Below, piece by piece: positions 18,106 to 28,672 of a stretch of DNA of 64,000 bases (position 1 is its first letter; each line of letters opens with the position of its first letter). Position numbers and translations under genes: made by a program. Below the pieces are notes generated by a model. It saw only the letters and a list, made by a program, of their open reading frames with translations. It did no database searches and was not told the origin of the DNA. Location: contig RDOA01000007.1 of assembly GCA_011364925.1 (NCBI GenBank), positions 51,493 to 115,492 on the forward strand. The letters run 5' to 3'. The stretch is from Promethearchaeota archaeon. Its GTDB lineage: Archaea; Asgardarchaeota; Lokiarchaeia; Sigyniarchaeales; SOKP01.

Positions 18106-21102
18106 ATGAATAATGCAAGACATATTTCAATCTTGGGAATCATCTCTCTCGGATTAATCTTTAGTTTATCGTTCTTTAATTTCGCGACGTTGATTCCCGA
18201 TAAAAAAACTGATACTTTAGCCCTAATTAATCCCAAAAGTTCTTCAATTGATCCTTTCCTTTATGAAGACTATTTAACAATAGGAGGGAGTTACATCGCA
18301 ATATCTAGCGATATCAAATTGGATAGCTCAAATAATATCTACATTACCGGTTCACTACAACTCGATGAAACTGAGGATACTGAAGCTTTTCTAGCTAAAT
18401 TTGACAATACTGGATCTCAATTGTGGTTTATAACATGGGGTGGTGATTATGCTGATTCTGGAGGGGGAATTGCGTTCGATTCCACGGGCAATGTATACAT
18501 GGGAGGATCAACATCCAGTTTTGGTCCGGCCGTACCTGATGCAAACTGGTTTTTAGCAAAATTTGATAGTTCAGGTAATCAACTGTGGAATTATTCATGG
18601 GGAACTGGTGAAGGAGAATGGGGAGGAGCAATAGTCGTAGATTCAGCGGATTATATTTATTACACTGGTTCCACTTGGGGTCACGGAGGACCTTCGGCAA
18701 ATGTAGGATTAATAAAGTTCAGTAGTGCCGGAGTACTTCAATGGGACCGTTATTGGGGTCCCGGTGGTTATGACTCCCCTAGAGATATAGCCATTGATGC
18801 TTCAGACAATATTTACATTATTGCTGGTTCTGATACAAGGAGTCTCGGAGGCAGGGATGTAGCACTGATTAAATACAATAGTGCGGGAACGTTACAATGG
18901 GATACAGCGTGGGGCGGCACTGGTTACGACGATCCAAGAGGAATGACACTTGATACTTCAGGTAATATCTATATCACAGGAATGACGGATAGTTTTGGAG
19001 TTGGTGATTACGATATTTTTGTTACGAAATTCGATGGAACACCTACTCAGCTCTGGAATTTCACATGGGGAGGTGTCAATTCAGATATTCCAAGAGCAAT
19101 CGCAGTAGATACGGCTAACAACATGTATATTGGCGGTCATACCGAGAGTTTTGGTTCTGGAGATAGCGATATAGTTACAATTAAATACGACAATACTAGA
19201 GTTCAGCAATGGAATAAAACTTGGGGAGGAACTGGTTACGAGGAATGTACAGATTTGCAGATTGATTCTTCAAATTATACGTATATCACAGGGCAAGTTA
19301 ATAGCTTCAATACGGTATCTACAAATGTTTTGTTACTTAAATACAATAATTCAGGTAATGAAGAATGGTATAAATCTTGGGATGGAGAAAGTAGGGATGA
19401 ATGTCGAGAAATAGCTTTTGATTTGCAAGGAAATTATTATTTGGCGGGGTTTACCGAAACCTTTGGTGGAATGAGCGCAGATTCAATAGTGATTAAATAT
19501 AACCAAGCAGGCATTCACCAATGGAACGCAACTTGGGGTGGAGATAAACGAGATGAAACAAATGCTCTCGCTGTAGATCTCCTTGGAAATATATATGTGA
19601 CTGGAGAAACCGAGAGTTTTGGACCAGGAGATACGTGTGCATTCCTTTTAAAGTATAATTCAACTGGAGATTTGCAATGGAATTATACATGGGGAGGAGC
19701 TTATCTCGATGCCGGAAGTGGACTTGTTATCGATTCTTCATTTAATGTGTATATGGGCGGTTCAACATCAAGCTTTGGTCCAGCCGTACCCGATGCAAAC
19801 TGGTTTTTGGCAAAGTTTGATAGTTCAGGTAATCAACTGTGGAATTATTCATGGGGAACTGGTGAAGGAGAATGGGGAGGTCGTATTGCTATAGATTCTA
19901 CAGACCATATATATTATATAGGATCGACTTGGGGTCACGGAGGGCCTTCGGCAAATGTAGGATTAGTTAAATTTAACAGTTCAGGAGATCTAGAATGGGC
20001 TCGTTATTGGGGACCTGGTGGATATGATTCTCCAAGAGATATAGTTATCGATTCCTCTAACTATATCTATATCGTAGCAGGGTCGGATACTCGGGGTTAC
20101 GGCGGTAGAGATGTGGCGTTAATTGTGTACGATGATTCTGGAACGCTACAATGGACTGATAGTTGGGGGAGTAGCGGATTTGACGATCCAAAAGCATTAA
20201 CATTAGACAGCGAAGGTAATATTTACGTTACCGGAGTAACTGACAGCTTTGGTAATGGAGATTACGATGTTTTTACCTTACTTATTGAAGAATCCAGTTC
20301 AATCCAAAGAGTGAAGATCTTTGGGTCTAATGAAGACGAGGAAAGTCGTGATATAAAGGTAAATTGGGCAGACGATGTGTTCATCGGAGGGTTTACAGAA
20401 AGTTTCTGCACAGGAAGCGGCGATATGTTGATGCTTACTTATGAAATGGATCTTCTTCCTCCAATTATTTCGATAATCGATCCAGCACCAAATGAATTTT
20501 GTGGTGTAAATGGACCAGATTATGAAATAATTATAACGGAAGATAATCCTGATACTCTTTGGTATACACTAGACGGTGGCATAACTAATGTTTCACTTTC
20601 AGGACTCATAGGTACGATCGATCAAACCGAATGGAGTAAATGTGGCAACGGTACCGTAGATATAACCATTTATGCTAGAGATTTATCTGGATTTGAGTTA
20701 TTCGAAACAGTAACAGTAAAGAAGGATATTATCGCCCCCGTTTCTGAGATTGATTATACACCATACAGCGGAACTAACCAAGTAATTGCAACTACACCAT
20801 ATACTTTGAGTGCCAGCGATGGAGGTGGGTGTGGAGTTGCTGTAATTAGATATAGAATAGACTCTGATACTTGGACCGATTATACTGGGGCTTTTACACT
20901 AGGAAGTTTAAGTCCAGGATCGCATCAAATAGAATTTTATTCTGTAGACGATTTGGACAATGTAGAAGATATTCAGAGTATTAATGTTCAACTTATTGAA
21001 CTTCCACCAGAAATTAGTGGATACAACCTTTTAATATTATTGAGTATAATCGGAATCGTAACTCTGTTGCTTCTGCGAAAAAAATTTAGATCAAAATTTT
21101 AA
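18106..21102 (+). CDS. Secreted SBBP-repeat (double beta-propeller) surface protein with Ig-like domains and Loki-CTERM-type anchor
   Basis: Signal/anchor; about 14 WGG..D..GNIY repeats; C-terminus PEISGY + TM + RKKFRSKF. Confidence 0.85.
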   Translation: MNNARHISILGIISLGLIFSLSFFNFATLIPDKKTDTLALINPKSSSIDPFLYEDYLTIGGSYIAISSDIKLDSSNNIYITGSLQLDETEDTEAFLAKFDNTGSQLWFITWGGDYADSGGGIAFDSTGNVYMGGSTSSFGPAVPDANWFLAKFDSSGNQLWNYSWGTGEGEWGGAIVVDSADYIYYTGSTWGHGGPSANVGLIKFSSAGVLQWDRYWGPGGYDSPRDIAIDASDNIYIIAGSDTRSLGGRDVALIKYNSAGTLQWDTAWGGTGYDDPRGMTLDTSGNIYITGMTDSFGVGDYDIFVTKFDGTPTQLWNFTWGGVNSDIPRAIAVDTANNMYIGGHTESFGSGDSDIVTIKYDNTRVQQWNKTWGGTGYEECTDLQIDSSNYTYITGQVNSFNTVSTNVLLLKYNNSGNEEWYKSWDGESRDECREIAFDLQGNYYLAGFTETFGGMSADSIVIKYNQAGIHQWNATWGGDKRDETNALAVDLLGNIYVTGETESFGPGDTCAFLLKYNSTGDLQWNYTWGGAYLDAGSGLVIDSSFNVYMGGSTSSFGPAVPDANWFLAKFDSSGNQLWNYSWGTGEGEWGGRIAIDSTDHIYYIGSTWGHGGPSANVGLVKFNSSGDLEWARYWGPGGYDSPRDIVIDSSNYIYIVAGSDTRGYGGRDVALIVYDDSGTLQWTDSWGSSGFDDPKALTLDSEGNIYVTGVTDSFGNGDYDVFTLLIEESSSIQRVKIFGSNEDEESRDIKVNWADDVFIGGFTESFCTGSGDMLMLTYEMDLLPPIISIIDPAPNEFCGVNGPDYEIIITEDNPDTLWYTLDGGITNVSLSGLIGTIDQTEWSKCGNGTVDITIYARDLSGFELFETVTVKKDIIAPVSEIDYTPYSGTNQVIATTPYTLSASDGGGCGVAVIRYRIDSDTWTDYTGAFTLGSLSPGSHQIEFYSVDDLDNVEDIQSINVQLIELPPEISGYNLLILLSIIGIVTLLLLRKKFRSKF
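18490..19880 (+). repeat. Intragenic direct repeat (offset 1254 nt)
   Basis: NVYMGGSTSSFGPAVPDANWFLAKFDSSGNQLWNYSWGTGEGEWGG occurs twice (18490, 19744); 18562-18626 is identical to 19816-19880. Confidence 0.92.
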
Positions 21103-21242
21103 TTTTTTTTTTCTATTTTATAAGCAAAATTAATAGCACGATTCAGATGTAAAACTGCTTCTTCTAAATATAAAGCTGCTAAGAAAAATTTTATATTACC
21201 GTAATGATTCATAAATTCAAGAATTAAACGAGGTCCTATTAT

Positions 21243-22184
21243 TTGAAAGATCCTATTATTCAGACATTTAGTTTAACTAAAGCCTTTAAAGATGTCATAG
21301 CGGTCAAAAATTTAAACTTAAAAGTCTCAAGAGGGATATATGGACTCCTAGGACTTAATGGAGCGGGAAAAACAACCACGATAAAAATGATGGTTGGTTC
21401 ATTGTTTCCAACTCAAGGTAGTATCGAAATATTTGGTCAAAATATTCATAGAAATGCAAAAATGGACATTCATAAACGAATTGGCTATGTTCCTGAACAC
21501 CCAACGTATTTTTTATCAATGACCGCAGAAAAATTACTCACTTATATCGGTTCAGTGTTTCAGATGTCTATCCAAGAAATCAAGAGAAGGATAACTGAAC
21601 TCCTTAGACTTGTAGAATTAACTGATGCGAAATCACGCATAATCGCAAAGTATTCTGCTGGAATGAAACAAAGGATTGGTATTGCTCAAGCGTTAATGAA
21701 CGATCCTGAACTTTTAATTTTAGACGAGATTACCTCAAATTTAGACCCAATTGGGCGGAATCAAATGATAGAATTGCTAAAGGACCTCAAAAAACAGGGT
21801 AAAACAATTTTCATATCCACTCATGTTTTACCTGAGATACAAAAGATGAACGCAGATTCTATTGCTATTATTGATCACGGTCATCTTATTATGGAAGGAA
21901 CTGTTGACAAATTAAATGAGGAACTTAAAACAAAAGAAATCGTAATAAGTCCAAACCATAAATTGCTTCGGGAAGCTCTTTTTTCAGTCGTGTCAAACAT
22001 CAAAGAAGAAGAAGATACATTAGTAGTTAATACTGACAAATTAGACGAAGTCTGGCAATTAATCGCTAAAGTCGCTCTTCAAAATAATATTCTTATCAAG
22101 GAATTTCGCTCTACTTTTCTAAATATCGAACAAATTTTTATGAAAGCGTTAAACTCCAAACAAATTGAGGGGATTGAAAAATGA
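21243..22184 (+). CDS. ABC-2 type exporter ATP-binding protein
   Basis: GLNGAGKT, YSAGMKQR, ILDEITSNLDP, STH. Confidence 0.93.
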   Translation: MKDPIIQTFSLTKAFKDVIAVKNLNLKVSRGIYGLLGLNGAGKTTTIKMMVGSLFPTQGSIEIFGQNIHRNAKMDIHKRIGYVPEHPTYFLSMTAEKLLTYIGSVFQMSIQEIKRRITELLRLVELTDAKSRIIAKYSAGMKQRIGIAQALMNDPELLILDEITSNLDPIGRNQMIELLKDLKKQGKTIFISTHVLPEIQKMNADSIAIIDHGHLIMEGTVDKLNEELKTKEIVISPNHKLLREALFSVVSNIKEEEDTLVVNTDKLDEVWQLIAKVALQNNILIKEFRSTFLNIEQIFMKALNSKQIEGIEK

Positions 22185-24067
22185 ATAACATAATTAAGAA
22201 GCTATATTTAGGAAAATTCTCAACCCTTATCCTTTCTTTATTTATTATTGGATTAGTCATGACTTATTTTACACTCCTTAATAATAATCAAGTTAAAACA
22301 TATTCTCAAGATATTTCTGCTCCACTCCAAAATAGCATAACTTTTGAAAGTGGATATATCCTGATTGAAAATCAAACCATCTCTGAAGATCTTATTATTA
22401 AATTCACTGCAAGCGTTACTTTTGTGAATTCTACTCTGTTAGGTAGCGTTTATATGTTCAACACTGGGAATCTTTTTATACTTCAAAATTCATCCATAAC
22501 GCAGAACGTTGTGATTTCAGATTACTCATATCTCTATATAGCGAATTCTACAGTTGGAGGTTCTATTGAATCTAGAGACACAACAATTATGGAACTATCC
22601 AGTTGTTATACTCCTTTAACGACAGTTTGGAAATTTGATTCCGCGACTATTCTTATAAATAGTAGTATCATTTCCACATTTAATGAGTTTGGAACTGGTG
22701 GAAACACTTATATCATAGATTCACAAATCACTTTAGTTTCATTGAATGGATTACCAACCTCACAGACATTCATTACGAATTCTGATATACTCATTTTAAA
22801 TGATTTGGTGTTTCCTGCAGTCTATATTACTGGACCAGTTAGATTCAGTATTCTTACATTTAATGCAAGCTATTCTACATCTGAGCGAATTATTAACCTT
22901 ACTTGGATAGGATGGGATAGCCCAATCATAAACGGTTATGTCAATATTACATTTGAAATCTTTTTGGATAACCAACTCTATACCGAAATTAATGGTTCTG
23001 GTTTCTTTAATCAGAACATTAGAAGCTACCAAATGCAAATACCGGAGCCAGGCAAACATAATATAACCATTGTATCGATCGATAGTAAAGGGAATAGCTA
23101 TTCGTCTACGATCATTATTGAGATAATCAACTATCCTACATTTCCTTGGATACCTTTCGTTATAATTGTAGCAGTTATTATAGGGGTTATCGTCGCGTTG
23201 ATGATTTGGATAAAGAATAAACGGAAACGCGGGTACTTTAGTTCAATAGGAACAATATTTAAAACAGAATTGGTTGCAAGCAAGAAAAAACTTCTAATAC
23301 TAGGGGTTACAAGTGTTATTCCGGGGTTAATCCTCTTTTTTTCCTTTTTTGTGATAAACCAATTTATTGGCTCGATGGCAATTGATGGTATTAGAGATTT
23401 CATTAATATGTTCTTTAATTTTTATATTTACTATTTTGGATTAATCTTTAGTATTAGTGTAGGTGCTGGATCTGTAGCTAGCGCGAAAAAAAATGGGACT
23501 CTATCGTGGTTTTTTAGCAAGCCGGTAAGAAGGTGGGAGTTTCTTTGGGGTAAAATATTTTCTTTTATCGTAATGATTATCATCACTATGATTTTCGTCT
23601 CGATATCGTTTACTCTCAGTGCCTTGTTTTTCATAGATCCAATATACATCGGAGATATTCTTTCTATAGGGGGATATATATTTCTTATAGGTCTAATAGC
23701 TCTAATCCCTTTAACAGCGTTAGTTGTGTTTTGTTCAAGTGTGTTTAAAAAAATTGGTTTAGCATATGTAATACCCATTGTATTTTTTATGGCGTTACCT
23801 ACGATAACTAGTTTTCTCCCAATTTTAGCGGGAAGTGATTGGCCAATGCTCTTTTCGTTCACATTTTACTTTGAACAACTTTCTAAAGTCTGGATTTCTA
23901 ATATAGGTGGATTATTTGGTTCAATTGGAACTTATGGTGAATTATTAGGTATTACCATTACGCCTTTAACATTAGAACCCATAATGGTTATTCTGATAAT
24001 GCTGAGTTTAGCTGTAATATTTTTTGGACTTGCTACAATAATTTTCCAAAGACAAGATATCCCTTAA
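22181..24067 (+). CDS. ABC-2 type permease fused to a large N-terminal extracellular (beta-helix-like + Ig-like) region
   Basis: 4-nt overlap with the ATPase gene; N-terminal TM, S/T/N/I-rich beta repeats, then 7 TM with GTLSWFFSKPVRRWEFLWGK motif. Confidence 0.8.
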   Translation: MNNIIKKLYLGKFSTLILSLFIIGLVMTYFTLLNNNQVKTYSQDISAPLQNSITFESGYILIENQTISEDLIIKFTASVTFVNSTLLGSVYMFNTGNLFILQNSSITQNVVISDYSYLYIANSTVGGSIESRDTTIMELSSCYTPLTTVWKFDSATILINSSIISTFNEFGTGGNTYIIDSQITLVSLNGLPTSQTFITNSDILILNDLVFPAVYITGPVRFSILTFNASYSTSERIINLTWIGWDSPIINGYVNITFEIFLDNQLYTEINGSGFFNQNIRSYQMQIPEPGKHNITIVSIDSKGNSYSSTIIIEIINYPTFPWIPFVIIVAVIIGVIVALMIWIKNKRKRGYFSSIGTIFKTELVASKKKLLILGVTSVIPGLILFFSFFVINQFIGSMAIDGIRDFINMFFNFYIYYFGLIFSISVGAGSVASAKKNGTLSWFFSKPVRRWEFLWGKIFSFIVMIIITMIFVSISFTLSALFFIDPIYIGDILSIGGYIFLIGLIALIPLTALVVFCSSVFKKIGLAYVIPIVFFMALPTITSFLPILAGSDWPMLFSFTFYFEQLSKVWISNIGGLFGSIGTYGELLGITITPLTLEPIMVILIMLSLAVIFFGLATIIFQRQDIP

Positions 24068-24108
24068 GAATAAAATATAGAAGGTTTTGTAAAGAAAGAA
24101 GAAGAACC

Positions 24109-25431
24109 TTAATTTATTTGATAAAATTCTTCTTCGAATTCAGGCTTTCCTTGATATTTTTGCATGAAGAGAAGCGGGGCTTTTTCGAGATTTTTGAAAA
24201 TGTACGATGGTACTTTGATCCCTGCTTGTTTTAGTGCATTTTGTACGTTCTCAGGTTGAGGTGGGCAACCATCAATTGCGATGAGCTCATTAATATTTGG
24301 ATGGTCTTTATTTAAATTGTATTGGCATTGACCTAGTAAGATTGTCTTATTCATTCCTTCAGAAGGCTCCATGATTTTTCCCGTAAGTATTTCAACATTA
24401 TCGAAATCTTCACCTTTCCATGCAGATTTAATTGCTGTTAAGATTACGCCATTGTAGAAACTACAGTAAGTACATATCGTTTCGTCGTACTTGGGATAAC
24501 TAATTCCCCCTATTCCTGCTTTTGCATAAGCTAATGGCAGAGTGTTGTTCTTTTCGTAGATAAAATCCCATCCATGTGGTACAGCAAGATCATCAATTCT
24601 TTCTCCTTTAACTTCAATATCCGATAAGTCAATTGGGCGATTTCTATCTTTTGCCGCTTGAACTAAATGAGGAACGGCGATAGGATCAATACCTAGAAGA
24701 TTTGAACCAACTAAATCAGCTGAGAGTATGTTAGTTGAAGCTACAATTATATCGCTTCTATGGGCTTTACCATCAAAAGTAGGACCTCGTTCTAACGTAT
24801 ATATCCCATCTATGATTGTTAACCCGGGAGGTGCTTTGTTTGCTAATTGCGACACGTTATAGTGTAGATTATATTTTGGGTCATCTCCATGAAATTTTTT
24901 ACGCGATGGGATATTGATCGTCCCTTTTAAATTTTTTATTCCTAAACTCACGACACATTGCGCGTGAGTTTTTAGAACGGGTACATCAATAAGAAAGTCC
25001 GAATGAAGCATATCTGCGTTCATTTTTGCTGTGACTCCTTCAGCTAACTCAACCTTTTCAAACTGTCTCTGAAATATGTCGTATACTTTCACTCCATATC
25101 GTTTTTTAAAGATATTATAACCAAGCTTTTCGAAAGCATCTTCGGCAGTTTCTCTATCTTTTGGATTTTCCGTAACAATTCCCTCTCCGATAGATATATC
25201 CTTAACACCTTGTTCTTTAAGAAGTATTAAAATCTCTTCCATTACAGTTGAAGTCGTAAGCATTCCCCATTTAGGAAAATCGCAATGTCTATTCCAATAA
25301 ACCAAGTTAGGTTTAATGAATACTTTCGCGTTCGAGTCAAGTTTTTCAAATCCATTTGCAAGTTCGATAGCCTTTTTTACGGAATTCTTCCCTTTCTCAT
25401 ATTTTACTATAGATACGATTGATTTACTCAT
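24109..25431 (-). CDS. DUF362 domain Fe-S protein
   Basis: VFIKPN, PVLKTH, SLGIKNLKG, IIDG; C-terminal CTYC, GQC, DGCPP. Confidence 0.85.
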   Translation of the reverse strand: MSKSIVSIVKYEKGKNSVKKAIELANGFEKLDSNAKVFIKPNLVYWNRHCDFPKWGMLTTSTVMEEILILLKEQGVKDISIGEGIVTENPKDRETAEDAFEKLGYNIFKKRYGVKVYDIFQRQFEKVELAEGVTAKMNADMLHSDFLIDVPVLKTHAQCVVSLGIKNLKGTINIPSRKKFHGDDPKYNLHYNVSQLANKAPPGLTIIDGIYTLERGPTFDGKAHRSDIIVASTNILSADLVGSNLLGIDPIAVPHLVQAAKDRNRPIDLSDIEVKGERIDDLAVPHGWDFIYEKNNTLPLAYAKAGIGGISYPKYDETICTYCSFYNGVILTAIKSAWKGEDFDNVEILTGKIMEPSEGMNKTILLGQCQYNLNKDHPNINELIAIDGCPPQPENVQNALKQAGIKVPSYIFKNLEKAPLLFMQKYQGKPEFEEEFYQIN

Positions 25432-25609
25432 ACCGATATACCATTTTCTTTTCTTTAATACTTTTGGTGAATTGAATATTTACTATTTTAAAAATTAAAT
25501 TGTTTTTAAAATGAACCTAATGACTACTTAACATCTTTTCTGAGTCTTTCTTTAGGATAGCATTGATGTTTTATTTCGTCATCATCATCTTATATAAAAA
25601 AAAAATAGA

Positions 25610-28483
25610 TTAGAAAAAGATGCCCAACTTACGAGCTCCATATTTAACGATTTCAAAAGATACAATACAGATTAACGAAATCAAAAAGCACACTAACCAA
25701 TCCAAACCTGTCAGAAACATAAACCTAAAATTTAAACCCCATTCAGCTAGCGTTACTTGAAAACCCGGAATGTACATGAGCGCGAGAAATACACTGAACA
25801 GACACCCGATTAATAAATACATAAACTTTGTGCTGTCTTCTTTAATGCTCTTAATCAACGATTTATTAGGTCTGCGAATTTGAAAAACTAAAAACGATTC
25901 ACAAAAGAATAATGTAACCATGAGCATCGTAAGAGTTTTTGCTTCTTGAGGATAGACCCATACATCTAAAAGAGGTATATATTCTGGAAAGGTAACATAA
26001 CCTCCACTTAAGCCACCAAAGTTGAGATTTTCTGGAAACACCGGATAAACTCCCGTAATTGTGGTGAAATAGACTACAAACATACTAATCGATAATAAAG
26101 CTCCAAAGACAAATAAAAGAATAACAGTTTTTTTTGAAAGAATCTCTTCTTCATCGTGAGGCTTTTGTTTCATAACATCCTTCGATGTTCTATCAAAAGT
26201 GAGAATAAGCCCCGGAAATAAGTGCAATGTGACTGAGAGGAAATACCATTGGAATAAAAATGCTTTATCTAAGAAATAGGGAAATTTTAATATTATAGAC
26301 AGAATAAACTGAACAATTCCTTCAAAAACATTAATACAAATGTAAAAGAACACTACAGCTCTTATACGCGAAAATATTCCACGCCCTTGTTTGATCCCCG
26401 TAACTATTGAATTAAATGAATCGTCGCTTATAATCATATCAGCGGCTTCTTTGCTTACATCTGTTCCTTGAATCCCCATAGCAATGCCAGCATCTGCCAT
26501 ATTAAGAGCTAAAGCATCGTTCACTCCATCACCTGTCATAGCTACGACTTGATTCGCGTCTTGATATTTTTCTATAATTTCTTGTTTATGTTCAGGAGAT
26601 ACTCTTGCAAACACTTTAATTTTGCTGAAATCATAAAACGAACTTACATCCTTTATTTCTTTTCCTTCAACCACAGTTTCATCTTCACTTTGGATTATTG
26701 AAATCTGCTTAGCAATTGCTCGAGCGGTTTTTACCGAATCTCCCGTAATCATTACAACTTCGACTCCCGCATCGTGGCATTGTTCGACGCTTTGTTTTAC
26801 ACCTTCTCTGGGAGGGTCTAAAATTGTACAAAATCCAATATATATCATATCGGATTCACACAATTCTCTACTTCTATCGTCTTCTGGAGGGAGAGCATCT
26901 AATTTTTTATAACATAAACTTAAAATCCTAAAGCCCTTTTCAGCATAAGCATCTGCAATCTTCATAATCTTTTCCTTAATCTCATCTGTGAGATCTAACT
27001 CTTGGTCTTTATATAGAACTTTTTTACATAGTGGCAATAATATCTCGCTCGCACCTTTAGTGAAGGAATAATACTTATCCTCTCGCTTATAAATTTTAGT
27101 CATCCGCTTTACTTTAGAATCAAACGGATATTCTTTAATATACTCGAAATCTTCAAGTAAATAATCTCCCATTCCTTTTTGAAAAAGTACCATTAAAGCA
27201 CCTTCGGTTGGAGAGCCAATAACGTTCCAGTTTGGAATTACTTTTCCCGATACTACAACTTCATTTTTTACCAAAGCTGAATTATTATTTAGAAAACCTG
27301 AAGTGAGGAGCAATTTGAGTTGAGGAAAATCATCAATATGCTTTACGATTACAGAATTTTTGGGATCATCTATTAAAATAATTTCTCCTTCTGGACTATA
27401 TCCGCTACCTGTAACCTTATAAGTTGAACCGTTTGTCCAAACATGTTGAATTGACATTTGGTTTTTAGTTAACGTGCCGGTTTTATCCGAACAAACTACG
27501 CTTACACGTCCAAGACTATCTACTGAAGCTAAATTTCTGATAATTACCCCATGTTGAGCCATAGCTAACACCCCAGTTAGTAGGATAATTGTAACGAGTA
27601 GGGGAATATTAATTGGAAGCAAATCTAAAGCGGAATTCAAGCTCTTTACTACATCAATAGTACCGTATGCAAAATAAAGTATGATTAATATAATAAACCA
27701 GACTCCAAAGACAATTAATCCAAGCCATTTTCCAAAGTTGTTCATTTTCTGTCGAATAGGAATATCTGAAGTACCAGCTTCTTCTAGTCCTCGCGAAATC
27801 TTTCCAATTTCTGTATCTTTTCCCGTTTTTACTGCTATTGCAGTAGCATTACCTGTCGTGACAAAAGTTCCATAAAAAACCATATTATGTTTTTCACCAA
27901 TTGAAATATCTTCTTTCTTTAGAGCAGTACCTTCTTGAGTTTTCCTTACAGGCTCTGATTCACCAGTAAGACTAGACTCATTAACTTCGAGATTAGAAGA
28001 TTGGACTAATCTGCCATCTGCTGGTACTCTATCTCCCTGTTTTAAAACTAGTAGGTCTCCTGTTACAACATTTTTAGTCGGTATGTCAGCTTTTTTTCCA
28101 TTTCGGATAACAGTAGTAGTAGGAGCAGTCATCTCTCGTAATGCGTTTAACTTTTTTGTTGCTCTATATTGCTGAATGATTGCTACAAAACAATTAAGAG
28201 CTACTATTCCCAAGGTGAGAAGGATAAAAACTAAATCTTTTTCCCCACCAAAAACTGAGGCTAGAAATAAAATTAACGCCCCAATTAAGTATATCACAAT
28301 CAACCAATTAAATAACGGAGCAAGATAGATTTTAATAAAACCTTTAGATGCTTTAGGAATTTCGTTAGGCCCGTATTGTTCTAGCCTTTTTTGGGCTTCA
28401 GCATCCGATAAACCTTTAGTAGAGTTAGTTTGAAATTTGTTGTAGATTTGCTCTAACTCCACATTAAAATAAGTCTCTTCCAT
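25610..28483 (-). CDS. P-type ATPase, P2-like scaffold with atypical M4 motif PINIP
   Basis: TGES, CSDKTGTLT, KGA, MITGD, TGDGVND; 10 TM. Confidence 0.93.
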   Translation of the reverse strand: MEETYFNVELEQIYNKFQTNSTKGLSDAEAQKRLEQYGPNEIPKASKGFIKIYLAPLFNWLIVIYLIGALILFLASVFGGEKDLVFILLTLGIVALNCFVAIIQQYRATKKLNALREMTAPTTTVIRNGKKADIPTKNVVTGDLLVLKQGDRVPADGRLVQSSNLEVNESSLTGESEPVRKTQEGTALKKEDISIGEKHNMVFYGTFVTTGNATAIAVKTGKDTEIGKISRGLEEAGTSDIPIRQKMNNFGKWLGLIVFGVWFIILIILYFAYGTIDVVKSLNSALDLLPINIPLLVTIILLTGVLAMAQHGVIIRNLASVDSLGRVSVVCSDKTGTLTKNQMSIQHVWTNGSTYKVTGSGYSPEGEIILIDDPKNSVIVKHIDDFPQLKLLLTSGFLNNNSALVKNEVVVSGKVIPNWNVIGSPTEGALMVLFQKGMGDYLLEDFEYIKEYPFDSKVKRMTKIYKREDKYYSFTKGASEILLPLCKKVLYKDQELDLTDEIKEKIMKIADAYAEKGFRILSLCYKKLDALPPEDDRSRELCESDMIYIGFCTILDPPREGVKQSVEQCHDAGVEVVMITGDSVKTARAIAKQISIIQSEDETVVEGKEIKDVSSFYDFSKIKVFARVSPEHKQEIIEKYQDANQVVAMTGDGVNDALALNMADAGIAMGIQGTDVSKEAADMIISDDSFNSIVTGIKQGRGIFSRIRAVVFFYICINVFEGIVQFILSIILKFPYFLDKAFLFQWYFLSVTLHLFPGLILTFDRTSKDVMKQKPHDEEEILSKKTVILLFVFGALLSISMFVVYFTTITGVYPVFPENLNFGGLSGGYVTFPEYIPLLDVWVYPQEAKTLTMLMVTLFFCESFLVFQIRRPNKSLIKSIKEDSTKFMYLLIGCLFSVFLALMYIPGFQVTLAEWGLNFRFMFLTGLDWLVCFLISLICIVSFEIVKYGARKLGIFF

Positions 28484-28672
28484 GAAACATTCTCCCGCGA
28501 CTATTAATGATTTTATAGTTGATTATATTAAACATTTATATTAAATTTAGAATAACATTTCTTATTTTTATTTTATAGTATTTTTGTTAATAAAATTAGA
28601 TATGAAAACAAAAAGCACCTTTACTTATTAAACCTTTAAAAGCCTTTAAATGAGATAATAACAGAGAATTAA

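Noticed and set aside
18490-19880. Diversity-generating retroelement TR/VR pair
   Set aside because: Mismatches are synonymous and not adenine-specific, both copies are in-frame coding, and no reverse transcriptase is present.
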